Counted from the first letter of the stretch, positions 8,374 through 18,113 are shown. The stretch: 46,564 nucleotides of DNA from Candidatus Magasanikbacteria bacterium CG1_02_41_34 (GCA_001871445.1 MNVD01000016.1:1-46564); one strand, 5' to 3'. Translations and numbers: made by a program. Notes: generated from the letters alone by a model not told the origin.

Positions 8374-9012
8374 TCACTTCAATGTGAATACGTACTCTCG
8401 GAGTGGACAATTTTCATGTCGACAACGAGCTGAACAAAACTGCCGACCATATTCAATAGCATAGTACGTAAAGGAAAACCATTCCTTCTGAGGAAGGATC
8501 TCCATAAGATCTCGTTCGATGAGATCAGGATTGGAAGAATCTGTGAGACCAAAGTTTTTTGCAAATCTCTTTACATGCGTGTCAACGGCAATTCCTTCTG
8601 TTATACCATAGGCATTCCCGAGCACGACATTTGCTGTTTTTCTCCCTACTCCTGGGATCAAAATAAGTTCTTCTATCGTCTTTGGGATGTTTCCACCAAA
8701 AAGTTCTCTCACGACCTTTGCCCCAGCAAGCACATTCTTTGCTTTATTTTTATAAAAACCTGTTGAGTATATATCCTGTTCAAATTCTATTATATCTGCA
8801 TCAACGTAGTCGTGGAGTGTCGGATATTTTTGAAAAAGTTTTTGTGTTACTTTATTGACTTGCTTGTCAGTACACTGCGCTGAGAGTGCGACTGCCACAA
8901 CTAGTTCCCAATTATTTGAATACGCCAACATCATCTTTGCTTTTGGTATAAGTGTTTTCAATTTTTTGAGAAGGATATTTACTTTTTTCTTCCGCTCTTC
9001 AAGTGTCATCAT
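8374..9012 (-). CDS. nth: Endonuclease III
   Basis: LSAQCTDKQV, HhH PGVGRKTANVVL, AVDTHV. Confidence 0.93.
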   Translation of the reverse strand: MMTLEERKKKVNILLKKLKTLIPKAKMMLAYSNNWELVVAVALSAQCTDKQVNKVTQKLFQKYPTLHDYVDADIIEFEQDIYSTGFYKNKAKNVLAGAKVVRELFGGNIPKTIEELILIPGVGRKTANVVLGNAYGITEGIAVDTHVKRFAKNFGLTDSSNPDLIERDLMEILPQKEWFSFTYYAIEYGRQFCSARCRHENCPLREYVFTLK

Positions 9013-9079
9013 AGGACGGGTACGAAAAAGGATTGCACATATGTTTAATCCTTTTTTTCATCAATGTACATCAATGAAA

Positions 9080-9592
9080 TTAATTCAAAAACATAATTCG
9101 CATGGTAAGATACGATGCGAATAGTACCCATACAGCATATGGGAGAAGAAGGTAGCTCGCAATACGCGAAATTTTCCAAGAAAATGCAACCATGGCAATA
9201 ATAGTGACTTCGAGGAGCACAATTTCAAATGCAGCAGCGCCGATCCAATGAAAGAAAAAAAACAAGATGGTCCACAGAAGATTCAATCCTGCATTGATTC
9301 CAAAAAGCCACTGCAGTGCGTGAAATTCATCTTTGGACTCTTTTGATGCAAATAAATGGAGGACTTTTTTTGGTCCTTCATGCCAGACGATATATGCAGC
9401 ACCCGCTGTCATGATATAAATAGCTGTCCAGGCAATCGGAAATACCCAATCTGGTGGAACAAACGATGGTAGTGTCAACGTCGTCTCATACCACGTCATA
9501 CCAAGTTCTGTAAACAATGCACCCAAAACAGCAACCGTGACAGCAATGCTTGGAATAACGAAATGATGAGATTTTGCATGGAGATGACGCAT
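9080..9592 (-). CDS. tspO: TspO/MBR family tryptophan-rich sensory protein
   Basis: WYETTLTLPSFVPPDWVFPIAW, LNLLWTILFF, LLLPYAVWVLFASYL. Confidence 0.9.
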   Translation of the reverse strand: MRHLHAKSHHFVIPSIAVTVAVLGALFTELGMTWYETTLTLPSFVPPDWVFPIAWTAIYIMTAGAAYIVWHEGPKKVLHLFASKESKDEFHALQWLFGINAGLNLLWTILFFFFHWIGAAAFEIVLLEVTIIAMVAFSWKISRIASYLLLPYAVWVLFASYLTMRIMFLN

Positions 9593-9602
9593 ATATGTAA
9601 TA

Positions 9603-10040
9603 TTACACCATTGAACCAATGATAGCTCCCATAACAAGCAAACGAACAAGCCATTGCCCAGCGTTAATACGCCAGAGACTCCAAGGCTTATTCTGCCAGA
9701 GAACGGGATCGATCAAACTCGTAGCAAGAAAACCAAGCCATATCCAAAGTCCTGTAGAAACTCCTATCATGAGCGGATCTGACGTACCAGTCGTACTTCC
9801 CTTCCAGATATACATGCCTTGGATCACATGAGCAAGCACAAATGAGACAAGAAACACAGATACCAATGAAACAAACATCTTTCCTCCCATGCCCTTTTTT
9901 TGTTGCGTTTCTTGCGCCGTAGGTATAATACCAACAGCCTTCATCCAGACCTTTCCAAATACCCCCGGCAAGTACCAGACAAACCCTATGACGAAACCTG
10001 CAAGCGCGGCTACGGTAATAGCGATATAATTGACGTCCAT
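9603..10040 (-). CDS. DUF1761-like membrane protein
   Basis: NYIAITVAALAGFVIGFVWY..FGKVWM and C-terminal INAGQWLV; start MDVNY at 10040 preferred over the 234-aa track ORF. Confidence 0.75.
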   Translation of the reverse strand: MDVNYIAITVAALAGFVIGFVWYLPGVFGKVWMKAVGIIPTAQETQQKKGMGGKMFVSLVSVFLVSFVLAHVIQGMYIWKGSTTGTSDPLMIGVSTGLWIWLGFLATSLIDPVLWQNKPWSLWRINAGQWLVRLLVMGAIIGSMV

Positions 10041-10089
10041 ATATTTTTTTATAATAACTACGTATACTTCCCTTTTATCATACCAATCT

Positions 10090-10647
10090 ATGAACAAAAA
10101 TACCATAGAACAAGTAAAGACACGAATAGAACAAGTCATCGCCAACAGCAACCCGTATTGGAATATTTCTCCTGAAACTGCCACATATGTTGTTTCGCTG
10201 CTCAACACGTACAAACCAATGCGTGTATTAGAAATAGGGACGTCAATAGGATATTCTGCTATTCGTATTGCAGAGGCACTGACTGTGTGGGATGGAGAGC
10301 TTATCACTATAGAATCACATACCGAACGATTTGAAATTGCGAAAAAAAATATTGCTGAGACTGGTTTAAAAAATATTCAGCAAGTAAAAGGACATGCCCC
10401 AGAAATTCTTGATGGCATCAGAGGTACATTTGATCTCTGTTTTTTTGACGCCACAAAATATGAACATCTTTCCTATTTCAACGCCTTGAAAGAAAGACTC
10501 AATCCTAATGGCATTATTATCACAGACAATATGCTCTCTCATGAAAAAGAACTAGCAGCATATAAAAAAACTGTGGAAGATAATCCACAGTTTGAAAATG
10601 AATTAATTGATATTGGAACGGGATTATTGGTGAGTAGAAAATTATAA
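10090..10647 (+). CDS. O-methyltransferase (caffeoyl-CoA OMT/YrrM-like)
   Basis: VLEIGTSIGYSA, FDLCFFDA, IITDN. Confidence 0.88.
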   Translation: MNKNTIEQVKTRIEQVIANSNPYWNISPETATYVVSLLNTYKPMRVLEIGTSIGYSAIRIAEALTVWDGELITIESHTERFEIAKKNIAETGLKNIQQVKGHAPEILDGIRGTFDLCFFDATKYEHLSYFNALKERLNPNGIIITDNMLSHEKELAAYKKTVEDNPQFENELIDIGTGLLVSRKL

Positions 10648-10724
10648 TAAAACAAAAAATGTGTATTACTTCAACAACGTCATCACTTCGCTCACAATTT
10701 TTCCTTGAAATCTCTCTATATTAT

Positions 10725-12317
10725 TTAAGATGTAAATACCACAGAAACAAAAACAGTCGCATCATGCTCAGGTAAACCAGAAGGATTATCCTTATAGAGA
10801 CGTAGAGTCCCTGTTGGGGTGGTTGGTGAAGATGTATAGTGCAATACGATATGCATAGGCACAAAGTCCTCAGTCATCCAATCCCCTGTCGCTGTCGCGA
10901 GACCATTTGCTATCGTATTTCCATTTTCATCCACAAGATCGACAGGAAAACTTGCTTCAAAAAACATCGTGCCACGCGCTTTTCCCGTAAGCGTAACATC
11001 TTGTTGAGAAAGATCTAATGAAAGTGTTCCACTTTCATCCAGTCCATCCAGCATAACAGTATCATTCGTGGTATCAACGACATCTTTTGTATGATACGAA
11101 ATTTTGTAAATTACGCCCGCTATATCATCACTTACGTACATCATTCCTTCTCTACGAATAAGCACGCCAACGGGTCTACCAAGTGCGCGGCCATCGGTAT
11201 CAAGCCATCCGCTCATAAATGGTTCAGGTTTTCCTGTCACAAGGTTTCCTTCACTATCAATCGAAACAGGAACACGCACAAGCTGATATCCAACTGGTAC
11301 GGTACTATTAAATGACCCGTGTTCTGCTATGATAAAATCATACCAATAGTCTTCTGGCCATACAGTTGATTCTGGGATAATACTAATACCAAGTGGTGCA
11401 ACATGCGCCGGCAGTTCGATTGTTGCAGGCGCCGTGTTTCCACACGGATTTTGAATATACATATTTGTATCAAAGTCTGTATCATGAATATTGTTTCCAT
11501 AACAAATGGGCCAGCCATAATTTTTTCCTTCTTCAATTTTATTAATTTCATCTGGTGGTACATCATCACCAAGATGATCACGCCCCATTTCTGTTGCCCA
11601 CATACTGCCATCTACTTCGTGCCACGCAAAAAACACACTGTTTCTGAGGCCTGTTGCGTATGGCGTGAGTTCTCCTGTTTCAAGGTTCACCACTTGAACA
11701 GAGGCGTATGGGAGATCATCCTCTCGACACACATCGCACGTCGACCCTATAGAGACGTACAGCCGCTCATCTGGACCAAACGCAATGGTACGAGATACGT
11801 GTCGATCTCCTTTTGGAAAGTCGGCAACTTTCATCAAAGTCTTTTCTGAAGTTGATACATCTACTTTTGAAAGCCTGTCTTCTTCTGCAATATATAACAT
11901 ATTTGGATGAAACGGATCAAATGCTAACCCATGAGGATTATTCAAACCTGTAAATATACTCTCCTTATCAGCCGCAGTTCCATCTGGCTGAAGCTGAATC
12001 TCACTTACTGCCCCTTCTGTCATCTGACTGACCCATAGATTATTTTGAGGTCCAAGTACCATAACACGAGCTCCAGGGACATCATCAGCCAAAATTTCTA
12101 TGGTAAAGCCATCAGGAACACTGAGTGGCATATCCGTCGTATTTACAGCATCAGCAGGAACAGTACTTGTTGCCATCGGAATTTGATCACGAATATCACT
12201 CACAGACAGCAAAAATGCTGGCGCTAGTGCATGATAATGACTTACAAAAAACCATGCTATACCGCTGAAGAGCAATACACAAACTATGAGAATGCTAAGA
12301 AAATGTGAATGTTTCAT
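10725..12317 (-). CDS. Membrane-anchored PQQ-dependent sugar/sorbosone dehydrogenase-like beta-propeller fused to a C-terminal Gmad2-type Ig-like domain
   Basis: N-terminal TM; LYVSIGSTCDVC, TGLRNSV, WATEMGRD, NYGWP, HVAPLG, EHGSFN, GRPVG; C-terminal ARGTMFFEASFPV..DWMTEDFVP..KDNPSGLPE. Confidence 0.82.
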   Translation of the reverse strand: MKHSHFLSILIVCVLLFSGIAWFFVSHYHALAPAFLLSVSDIRDQIPMATSTVPADAVNTTDMPLSVPDGFTIEILADDVPGARVMVLGPQNNLWVSQMTEGAVSEIQLQPDGTAADKESIFTGLNNPHGLAFDPFHPNMLYIAEEDRLSKVDVSTSEKTLMKVADFPKGDRHVSRTIAFGPDERLYVSIGSTCDVCREDDLPYASVQVVNLETGELTPYATGLRNSVFFAWHEVDGSMWATEMGRDHLGDDVPPDEINKIEEGKNYGWPICYGNNIHDTDFDTNMYIQNPCGNTAPATIELPAHVAPLGISIIPESTVWPEDYWYDFIIAEHGSFNSTVPVGYQLVRVPVSIDSEGNLVTGKPEPFMSGWLDTDGRALGRPVGVLIRREGMMYVSDDIAGVIYKISYHTKDVVDTTNDTVMLDGLDESGTLSLDLSQQDVTLTGKARGTMFFEASFPVDLVDENGNTIANGLATATGDWMTEDFVPMHIVLHYTSSPTTPTGTLRLYKDNPSGLPEHDATVFVSVVFTS

Positions 12318-12400
12318 ATATATATTATATATCTAAGTATACACGCCTTTTTACAACATACAAAAAATCTCGCAAAGCAAGATTTTTGAAAACGAACACA

Positions 12401-13165
12401 CTAGGAGCGCAACCGCCATCCTTTATAAAACAAATACCAGGCCAACCCACCAAACCCAAAAATTAATGCAACGATAAGCGTACTTCCAACCCATACATTT
12501 GCTTCACGAATACCAATCATCGAATACCGAAGTCCATCGACAAAGTAAAAAAATGGATTGAGCTTTGCGATCATCTGTGCTTTTTCCGGAAGCATGTGAA
12601 CCGAGTTAAACACACCACCAAGAAATGTAAGCGGCATGATGACAAATGTTTGGAGTACGGAAAGCTGCTCAAAATTATCCGCCCAAAGACCAACAAGCAA
12701 TCCTACAAAAGAAAAAATAAGTGCAACGGCAATACTATAGACAATGAACAAAAAGAGATGTGCAATAGATGCAGAGGTAAAGAACAGCGCAATGACATAT
12801 ACACCAAGACCAACAATGAGTCCACGCAACACACCAGCAACTACAAACGCACCAAGCACTTCGAAATATGAAAATGGCGCAGTAAGAATTTCTTCGATAT
12901 GCCGAGCAAAACGTTTGAAATACAAACTAAATGCTGCTTGCATATACGATGCTGTAATAAGATTCATCATCACAATACCAGGCAATACAAAATCAATATA
13001 CGAAACCCCCGCAATCGTATCTATTCGTGATCCAACAATTACACCAAAAACAAGAATATACAACAAAGAGTTGATCCACGGGCTAATGAGTGCCTGAATC
13101 CATACACGGAGAAACCGCTGTATTTCTTGCCAGACGAGTGTTTTGAAACCAATCAAATTTGTCAT
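12401..13165 (-). CDS. ABC-2 type transporter permease (YadH-like)
   Basis: YIDFVLPGIVMM, PLTFLGGVF, NPFFYFVDGLR. Confidence 0.9.
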   Translation of the reverse strand: MTNLIGFKTLVWQEIQRFLRVWIQALISPWINSLLYILVFGVIVGSRIDTIAGVSYIDFVLPGIVMMNLITASYMQAAFSLYFKRFARHIEEILTAPFSYFEVLGAFVVAGVLRGLIVGLGVYVIALFFTSASIAHLFLFIVYSIAVALIFSFVGLLVGLWADNFEQLSVLQTFVIMPLTFLGGVFNSVHMLPEKAQMIAKLNPFFYFVDGLRYSMIGIREANVWVGSTLIVALIFGFGGLAWYLFYKGWRLRS

Positions 13166-13169
13166 ATGC

Positions 13170-13886
13170 CTATGCTTTTGTTAATTCCAAATACTTTGCC
13201 TCAAGCGTACCACCATCTTTCGTAAAGTTACTCTTTGGTGCATCAGCAATAATCTTTCCTTTATCAATAATAGCGATACGCTCACACAACTCTTCTACTT
13301 CATCGAGATAGTGAGAAGTGAAAATAATAGTCTTCCCTGCTTTATTAATTTGTTTCAGATACGCCCAAAGTTCATGACGAAGTTCAACATCCACACCAGC
13401 TGTCGGTTCGTCGAGAATGAGAAGATCTGGATCATGCATCATCGCACGAGCAAGCATAAGTCGACGTTTCAGTCCACCTGACAAATGACGGAACTGTTTG
13501 TTTTTGTGTTCTTCAAGTTCAAAAATTTCCAAAACGTCTTGCAGCCGTGTTTGCCGTTCTTTTTTTGAAAGTCCAAAATACCCACCAACGTGCAACAAAA
13601 TATCTTTTACTTTTGCAAAAGTATCAACATTAAACTCTTGTGGACACAACCCTACTTTTTTTCGAGCTTCTTTATATTCTTTTTCTACATCAATGCCAAA
13701 GACTGTTATCTCTCCGCTCGTAATCGTACCAATTCCTGTGATAGCACTAATAGTAGAGGTCTTTCCTGCTCCGTTTTTTCCGAGAAATCCAAAAAACTCT
13801 CCTTGTTGTACAGAAAGAGAGATGTTGTCGACAGCAGTAAAATCATCGTACTTTTTGGTAAAATTGTTGATCTCAAGTGCGTTCAT
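13170..13886 (-). CDS. ABC transporter ATP-binding protein (YadG-like)
   Basis: GKNGAGKT, LSGG, ILDEPT, TSH. Confidence 0.93.
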   Translation of the reverse strand: MNALEINNFTKKYDDFTAVDNISLSVQQGEFFGFLGKNGAGKTSTISAITGIGTITSGEITVFGIDVEKEYKEARKKVGLCPQEFNVDTFAKVKDILLHVGGYFGLSKKERQTRLQDVLEIFELEEHKNKQFRHLSGGLKRRLMLARAMMHDPDLLILDEPTAGVDVELRHELWAYLKQINKAGKTIIFTSHYLDEVEELCERIAIIDKGKIIADAPKSNFTKDGGTLEAKYLELTKA

Positions 13887-13889
13887 AGT

Positions 13890-14645
13890 TTATGTCATCA
13901 AGGAAGCAAGATGTTTTTTTATCAGTCGCCAGATCTTCCATTGTGTAAGAATTGAAGATGAAAGATGATCTCCGGTTTTCAATGAGATGAGCGGAATACC
14001 CAACTTTTTCGAGAATACCTGGGCAGTTGCATAGGGAACCACTGTATCATCTTTTGCGTGGATCATCAATATTTTTGTTGGATCAATATCTTCGAGTTGA
14101 TTCACTGGATTATAGAATGTCCCAGTTGCTAATTTATCCCAATTTTTTTTCGTCATTCTGTATCCATTTCCAAAGGCTTGCTCAGTAATATCAAAAAGCC
14201 ACTCAAGCGGTTCTGTTTCACCCTGATCAGTCCAGTCTACGACACCTGCAACAGTAACAACGGCACACACTCGTGGATCGGAAGAAAGAAGTAATGCAGC
14301 AGGCCCACCAAAACTTCCGCCAACGATAATAATTTTTTTTGGGTTAATACTATATTCCTCACCATCCCACAAGCTTTTGATTGGTTGAAAAAGCCCGCCA
14401 ATCACATCTCTGATATCTTCCACAGGTGAATTTTCTAAAAAGGATCCCCCACTTTCCCATACTCCTCGGTATCTAGGATTGAAACACCAATATCCCTTTT
14501 TAGAAAAAAATTTCATGAGCCGTTTCTTTTTTCCAGGGAGTCCTGGCATGCCGTCACAAAAAATGATCACATTTTGCGATAGTTTTTTAGGTGGAAGAAA
14601 TTCTGCAACGATATCGTCTGCAAATCGAGTACGAAGTGTATACAT
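13890..14645 (-). CDS. Alpha/beta hydrolase
   Basis: GGSFGG nucleophile elbow, HAKDDTVV Asp, GDHL His. Confidence 0.85.
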   Translation of the reverse strand: MYTLRTRFADDIVAEFLPPKKLSQNVIIFCDGMPGLPGKKKRLMKFFSKKGYWCFNPRYRGVWESGGSFLENSPVEDIRDVIGGLFQPIKSLWDGEEYSINPKKIIIVGGSFGGPAALLLSSDPRVCAVVTVAGVVDWTDQGETEPLEWLFDITEQAFGNGYRMTKKNWDKLATGTFYNPVNQLEDIDPTKILMIHAKDDTVVPYATAQVFSKKLGIPLISLKTGDHLSSSILTQWKIWRLIKKHLASLMT

Positions 14646-14656
14646 ACATAGTAATA

Positions 14657-15901
14657 TTACTCTTGTCGAAGTGCGGTAATAGGATCAAGTGATGCGGCAT
14701 GCTTTGCTGGAAAATATCCAAACACAAGTCCAATCACAACAGAAAATCCTGTACCTAAAATGACAGAAGGGAATGAAATGACAAACTTCCAATCAAATCC
14801 AAATGATCGGGCACCAAACGCAATAAGAAAGGATAAAAAAATACCAAGTGCAATGCCTGTTACTCCCCCAATAGCAGTAAGCACTATTGCTTCCACAAGA
14901 AATTGTGATCGAATATCGTGCTCTGATGCACCAATAGATTTTCTGAGACCTATTTCAAATGTACGTTCCACGACTGACACATACATCACATTCATAATCC
15001 CCACACCACCAACGATCAAAGAAATCGCTGCCAGCACAACCAACAAGGCTTGAATGCCAAAAAAAACGGTATTGATAAGATCAACAGATTCTTGTTGCGT
15101 TGTCACAGAAAAATCATCTTTCTCAGGGTCAGTGATATCATGCCTGTCTCGAATCAATGAACGAATTTCTTCAGCTGTCGCGTCTCCTTTATTTGCATCA
15201 CGCATCTGTGCAATCATAAAAAGTACATGATTGATACCCATCATTTTTTTTTGTGCTGTTTTGACAGGAATATATGCAATCTCATCATAATTAAAAAATC
15301 CCGTCGCGCCTCGCGCTTTCAATACACCAACAATACGAAACGACGTATCTCCTGCTTTTACATTTTTACCTATAGGATCATCATTGCCAAACAAGGTATC
15401 CTGAAGTCCAGATCCGAGAACAATCACTTGGTTGGCACCACTATTTTCTTCGTCAGTAAAAAATCTTCCTTGTTCAATTTCACTTCCCACATCAATTTCA
15501 ATATACGATGGTGTTACTGCAAAAAACGTCGGTTGTTTTTTTGCATCACCGTAGGACACCACTGCTTGTGTCGTCACACCAGCATACACATTCTTTATGT
15601 TGCTCAATTTTTTGATTGCATCTGCATCGTCAGTAGTGAGTGTCGTAATCGTCACACCTCGAACTTGGCTTTGTGCATTGCTGAGCGATGCTTTTCCTGT
15701 GCTAGGCACTTTTACTTCAATATCAATCCAATCATTGCCAAAACTATCGAGTTCTCCCATCACCAGTCCTTTCACACCATTGCCTGCAGACAATACCAAA
15801 ATGACCACCATGATACCGATGGTAATTCCAAAAATTGTCAGACTTGCTCTGGCCTTATTTTTTTTTATTTGATTGAATGCCAAACTGAGTGATTTATTCA
15901 T
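14657..15901 (-). CDS. MacB/FtsX-type ABC permease (copy 2)
   Basis: GIMNVMYVSVVERTFEIGLRKSIGA, FLVEA, PAKHAASLDPITALR. Confidence 0.92.
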   Translation of the reverse strand: MNKSLSLAFNQIKKNKARASLTIFGITIGIMVVILVLSAGNGVKGLVMGELDSFGNDWIDIEVKVPSTGKASLSNAQSQVRGVTITTLTTDDADAIKKLSNIKNVYAGVTTQAVVSYGDAKKQPTFFAVTPSYIEIDVGSEIEQGRFFTDEENSGANQVIVLGSGLQDTLFGNDDPIGKNVKAGDTSFRIVGVLKARGATGFFNYDEIAYIPVKTAQKKMMGINHVLFMIAQMRDANKGDATAEEIRSLIRDRHDITDPEKDDFSVTTQQESVDLINTVFFGIQALLVVLAAISLIVGGVGIMNVMYVSVVERTFEIGLRKSIGASEHDIRSQFLVEAIVLTAIGGVTGIALGIFLSFLIAFGARSFGFDWKFVISFPSVILGTGFSVVIGLVFGYFPAKHAASLDPITALRQE

Positions 15902-15925
15902 AACGTAGTTCTGTGTAATTATATC

Positions 15926-15954
15926 CGAAATGCGAACTGTACGAAATTACGAAA
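15926..15954. repeat. Left (ACGAAAT)n array flanking the GxxExxY gene
   Basis: CGAAATTACGAAA (15942-15954) is the exact reverse complement of 16382-16394. Confidence 0.75.
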
Positions 15955-15955
15955 C

Positions 15956-16363
15956 TTATGAACGTAGGTCATGATTAATAATACGTCTTGGATACGCCCC
16001 TTGCTGGGTAAAACATCCTATAATTGCCAATTTCAATTTTGTGGCAATTAAGTATTGTTTTGTCTGCTCTATCATAGCATGAGAAAGTAACTTTCCTCTC
16101 TTTAATTCTAAAATGATTTTGTCTTCAATCAAAAAATCTAAATAATACTTCCCCACTGATATTCCTTTATACGTCAACGGTACATAATACTGTTCTATAT
16201 ACGAAAGGCCTTTCTCTTTGAGTGCTATCGCGACTGCTTTTTGATAATATGCTTCTTTATGCCCTCCGCCAAGCTCTTTATATACGTCAAATAATGCACC
16301 ATTTATAGTATAGCTTAATTCAGGATACAGCAGATCTTTTTTCCATACATTTGATTTCATCAT
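15956..16363 (-). CDS. GxxExxY protein (predicted PD-(D/E)xK nuclease fold)
   Basis: GHKEAYY motif, YYLDFLIEDKIILELK; SD AAGGAGG upstream. Confidence 0.9.
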   Translation of the reverse strand: MMKSNVWKKDLLYPELSYTINGALFDVYKELGGGHKEAYYQKAVAIALKEKGLSYIEQYYVPLTYKGISVGKYYLDFLIEDKIILELKRGKLLSHAMIEQTKQYLIATKLKLAIIGCFTQQGAYPRRIINHDLRS

Positions 16364-16380
16364 ATACCTCCTTATTGCTA

Positions 16381-16412
16381 TTTTCGTAATTTCGCAAATT
16401 TCGTATTTCGTA
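16381..16412. repeat. Right (TTTCGTA)n array flanking the GxxExxY gene, inverted relative to the left array
   Basis: TTTTCGTAATTTCGCAAATTTCGTATTTCGTAC. Confidence 0.75.
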
Positions 16413-16414
16413 CA

Positions 16415-17644
16415 CTATTCATAATGGAGCGCATCGATAGGATCAAGTTGTGCCGCCCGTCTTGCAGGATACACACCAAAGACTAACCCAATAAGTGTGG
16501 TTACCACGAGAGAAACAACAATAGCACCAAACGATACAATAAACTGGTAATCTGGATATCCTGCCGCTTGAACACCTTTTGCGATACCAAACGCAAATAA
16601 TATACCAATAGCGAGTCCAATAATACCTCCCAACAGCGACAACACAATAGTCTCAATAAGAAATTGTTTCAAAATATCTTTATCAGTTGCACCAACAGAT
16701 TTCCTGAGCCCAACCTCTCTTGTTTTTTCTTGAACAGAAATAAGCATAATATTCATGATGCCAATACCACCCACAAAAAGTGAGACACCAGCAATCGCGA
16801 CAAGGAAAAATTTGAGAGCATTTGTAATCGTGGTAAGAATAGCGAGGGCATCAGCTGTATTACGAATAGAAAAATCTTCTTCGCCGTGTCTATCAATCAA
16901 TGTCTGTCGTATTTCCTCTACGGTTTGATCCAAATACTGTGTATCGTCCATTTGACTTCGAATAAACGTAATATGTCGCACCCCAAGCATATCGTATTGT
17001 GCCACTCGCAGTGGCATGATCACCGCGTTGTCAACGTCTTCAAAAATAGAACTTCCTTGTGTAGCAAGCACGCCAATGACACGAAATTGTTTTCCACCAA
17101 TTTTGACTCGCTCGCCTACTGGTTCACTATTACCAAAAACATCTTCTGCAACGGTGTTCCCTATCACAATCACAGGCTCATGAGCTTCATTATCTGAGGC
17201 GGTAAAAAATCTTCCGTCGCGAACAGTTACTTTTTCTATAATTTCATAGTCTGCATTTGCTCCTGTATACGAAACACTTTTACTTTCACTTCCCCACTTC
17301 AAAATTCCATTTCCTGTAATATACCCTGCTGCATACGCGAGATGCGATACATTATGTGTATCGAGTAGTGCATCTTTGTCTTCCTCCGTGAGCGTGGTAA
17401 TCACAATACCAAGTGCTTGTGCAGGCGGACCCGATGGGTCACTCGCACCAGCCAAGACCACAATCTGATCGGTTCCTCGTTTTTCCAACTGTCCAGTGAT
17501 CAAAGATTGAGCTCCTGCACCAGTACTCATCACAAGAATGACAGAAGAAATACCAATGATAAGCCCAAGCATGGTCAACATAGATCGTCGCTTGTTGATA
17601 CGAAAATTTTTAAGGGCTGTTTTGTAGGAATCAATAATTGTCAT
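16415..17644 (-). CDS. MacB/FtsX-type ABC permease (copy 1)
   Basis: RSMLTMLGLIIG, GIMNIMLISVQEKTREVGLRKSVGA, PARRAAQLDPIDALHYE; start MTIIDS at 17644 after SD AAGGAG. Confidence 0.92.
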   Translation of the reverse strand: MTIIDSYKTALKNFRINKRRSMLTMLGLIIGISSVILVMSTGAGAQSLITGQLEKRGTDQIVVLAGASDPSGPPAQALGIVITTLTEEDKDALLDTHNVSHLAYAAGYITGNGILKWGSESKSVSYTGANADYEIIEKVTVRDGRFFTASDNEAHEPVIVIGNTVAEDVFGNSEPVGERVKIGGKQFRVIGVLATQGSSIFEDVDNAVIMPLRVAQYDMLGVRHITFIRSQMDDTQYLDQTVEEIRQTLIDRHGEEDFSIRNTADALAILTTITNALKFFLVAIAGVSLFVGGIGIMNIMLISVQEKTREVGLRKSVGATDKDILKQFLIETIVLSLLGGIIGLAIGILFAFGIAKGVQAAGYPDYQFIVSFGAIVVSLVVTTLIGLVFGVYPARRAAQLDPIDALHYE

Positions 17645-17689
17645 AAAGATACTCCTTGCATAGTATACCCTATTCACTACGCAAACAAA

Positions 17690-17709
17690 AAAAGAGCGCT
17701 CGCTCTTTT
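17690..17709 (-). terminator. Intrinsic terminator downstream of the 95-aa cassette ORF
   Basis: Minus strand AAAAGAGCG-AG-CGCTCTTTT followed by more T. Confidence 0.65.
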
Positions 17710-17736
17710 CATAGATACCAATCTGATTTGCACGGC

Positions 17737-17767
17737 ACAGGAACCAACGCACGTGCGTGGTTCCTGT
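17737..17767. other. GC-rich hairpin abutting the stop codon of the cassette ORF
   Basis: ACAGGAACC...GGTTCCTGT arms enclosing ACGCACGTGCGT. Confidence 0.7.
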
Positions 17768-18054
17768 TACCGCTTCCCGACGTCTAGGTGCTCGTCATAG
17801 GTCAGACGACCTGTTCGCCGATCCTTGTATTCACGGATCGTGTAGTAAAGGCCTTTGCCCATCTTCAAGGTGATGCAAAGGAACACGCCCGGAACTATTT
17901 CTCCTACAAACAATGCAACGCCTCGGGCGAAGTTATTGGTAGGCAAAAAGTAGTTCAAGTAACAGATCCACCATGCTGTGGCAATCCCAGCGGTCACGAC
18001 CCCCATGATCACTACAGACACCGACTTCACCAGAACATTCAGGTTGTCACTCAT
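17767..18054 (-). CDS. GC-rich orphan two-TM protein (95 aa)
   Basis: GGAGG SD, own promoter, two hydrophobic segments; hand-counted 50-58% GC in sample 60-nt lines. Confidence 0.75.
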   Translation of the reverse strand: MSDNLNVLVKSVSVVIMGVVTAGIATAWWICYLNYFLPTNNFARGVALFVGEIVPGVFLCITLKMGKGLYYTIREYKDRRTGRLTYDEHLDVGKR

Positions 18055-18084
18055 CTTATCCCTCCAACAGCCGATATGAACAAC

Positions 18085-18113
18085 ATTCTACGCTTGAATC
18101 AGCTTTTTGTCAA
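18085..18113 (-). promoter_or_regulatory. Sigma70-type promoter of the 95-aa ORF
   Basis: TTGACA-17 nt-TAGAAT. Confidence 0.8.
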
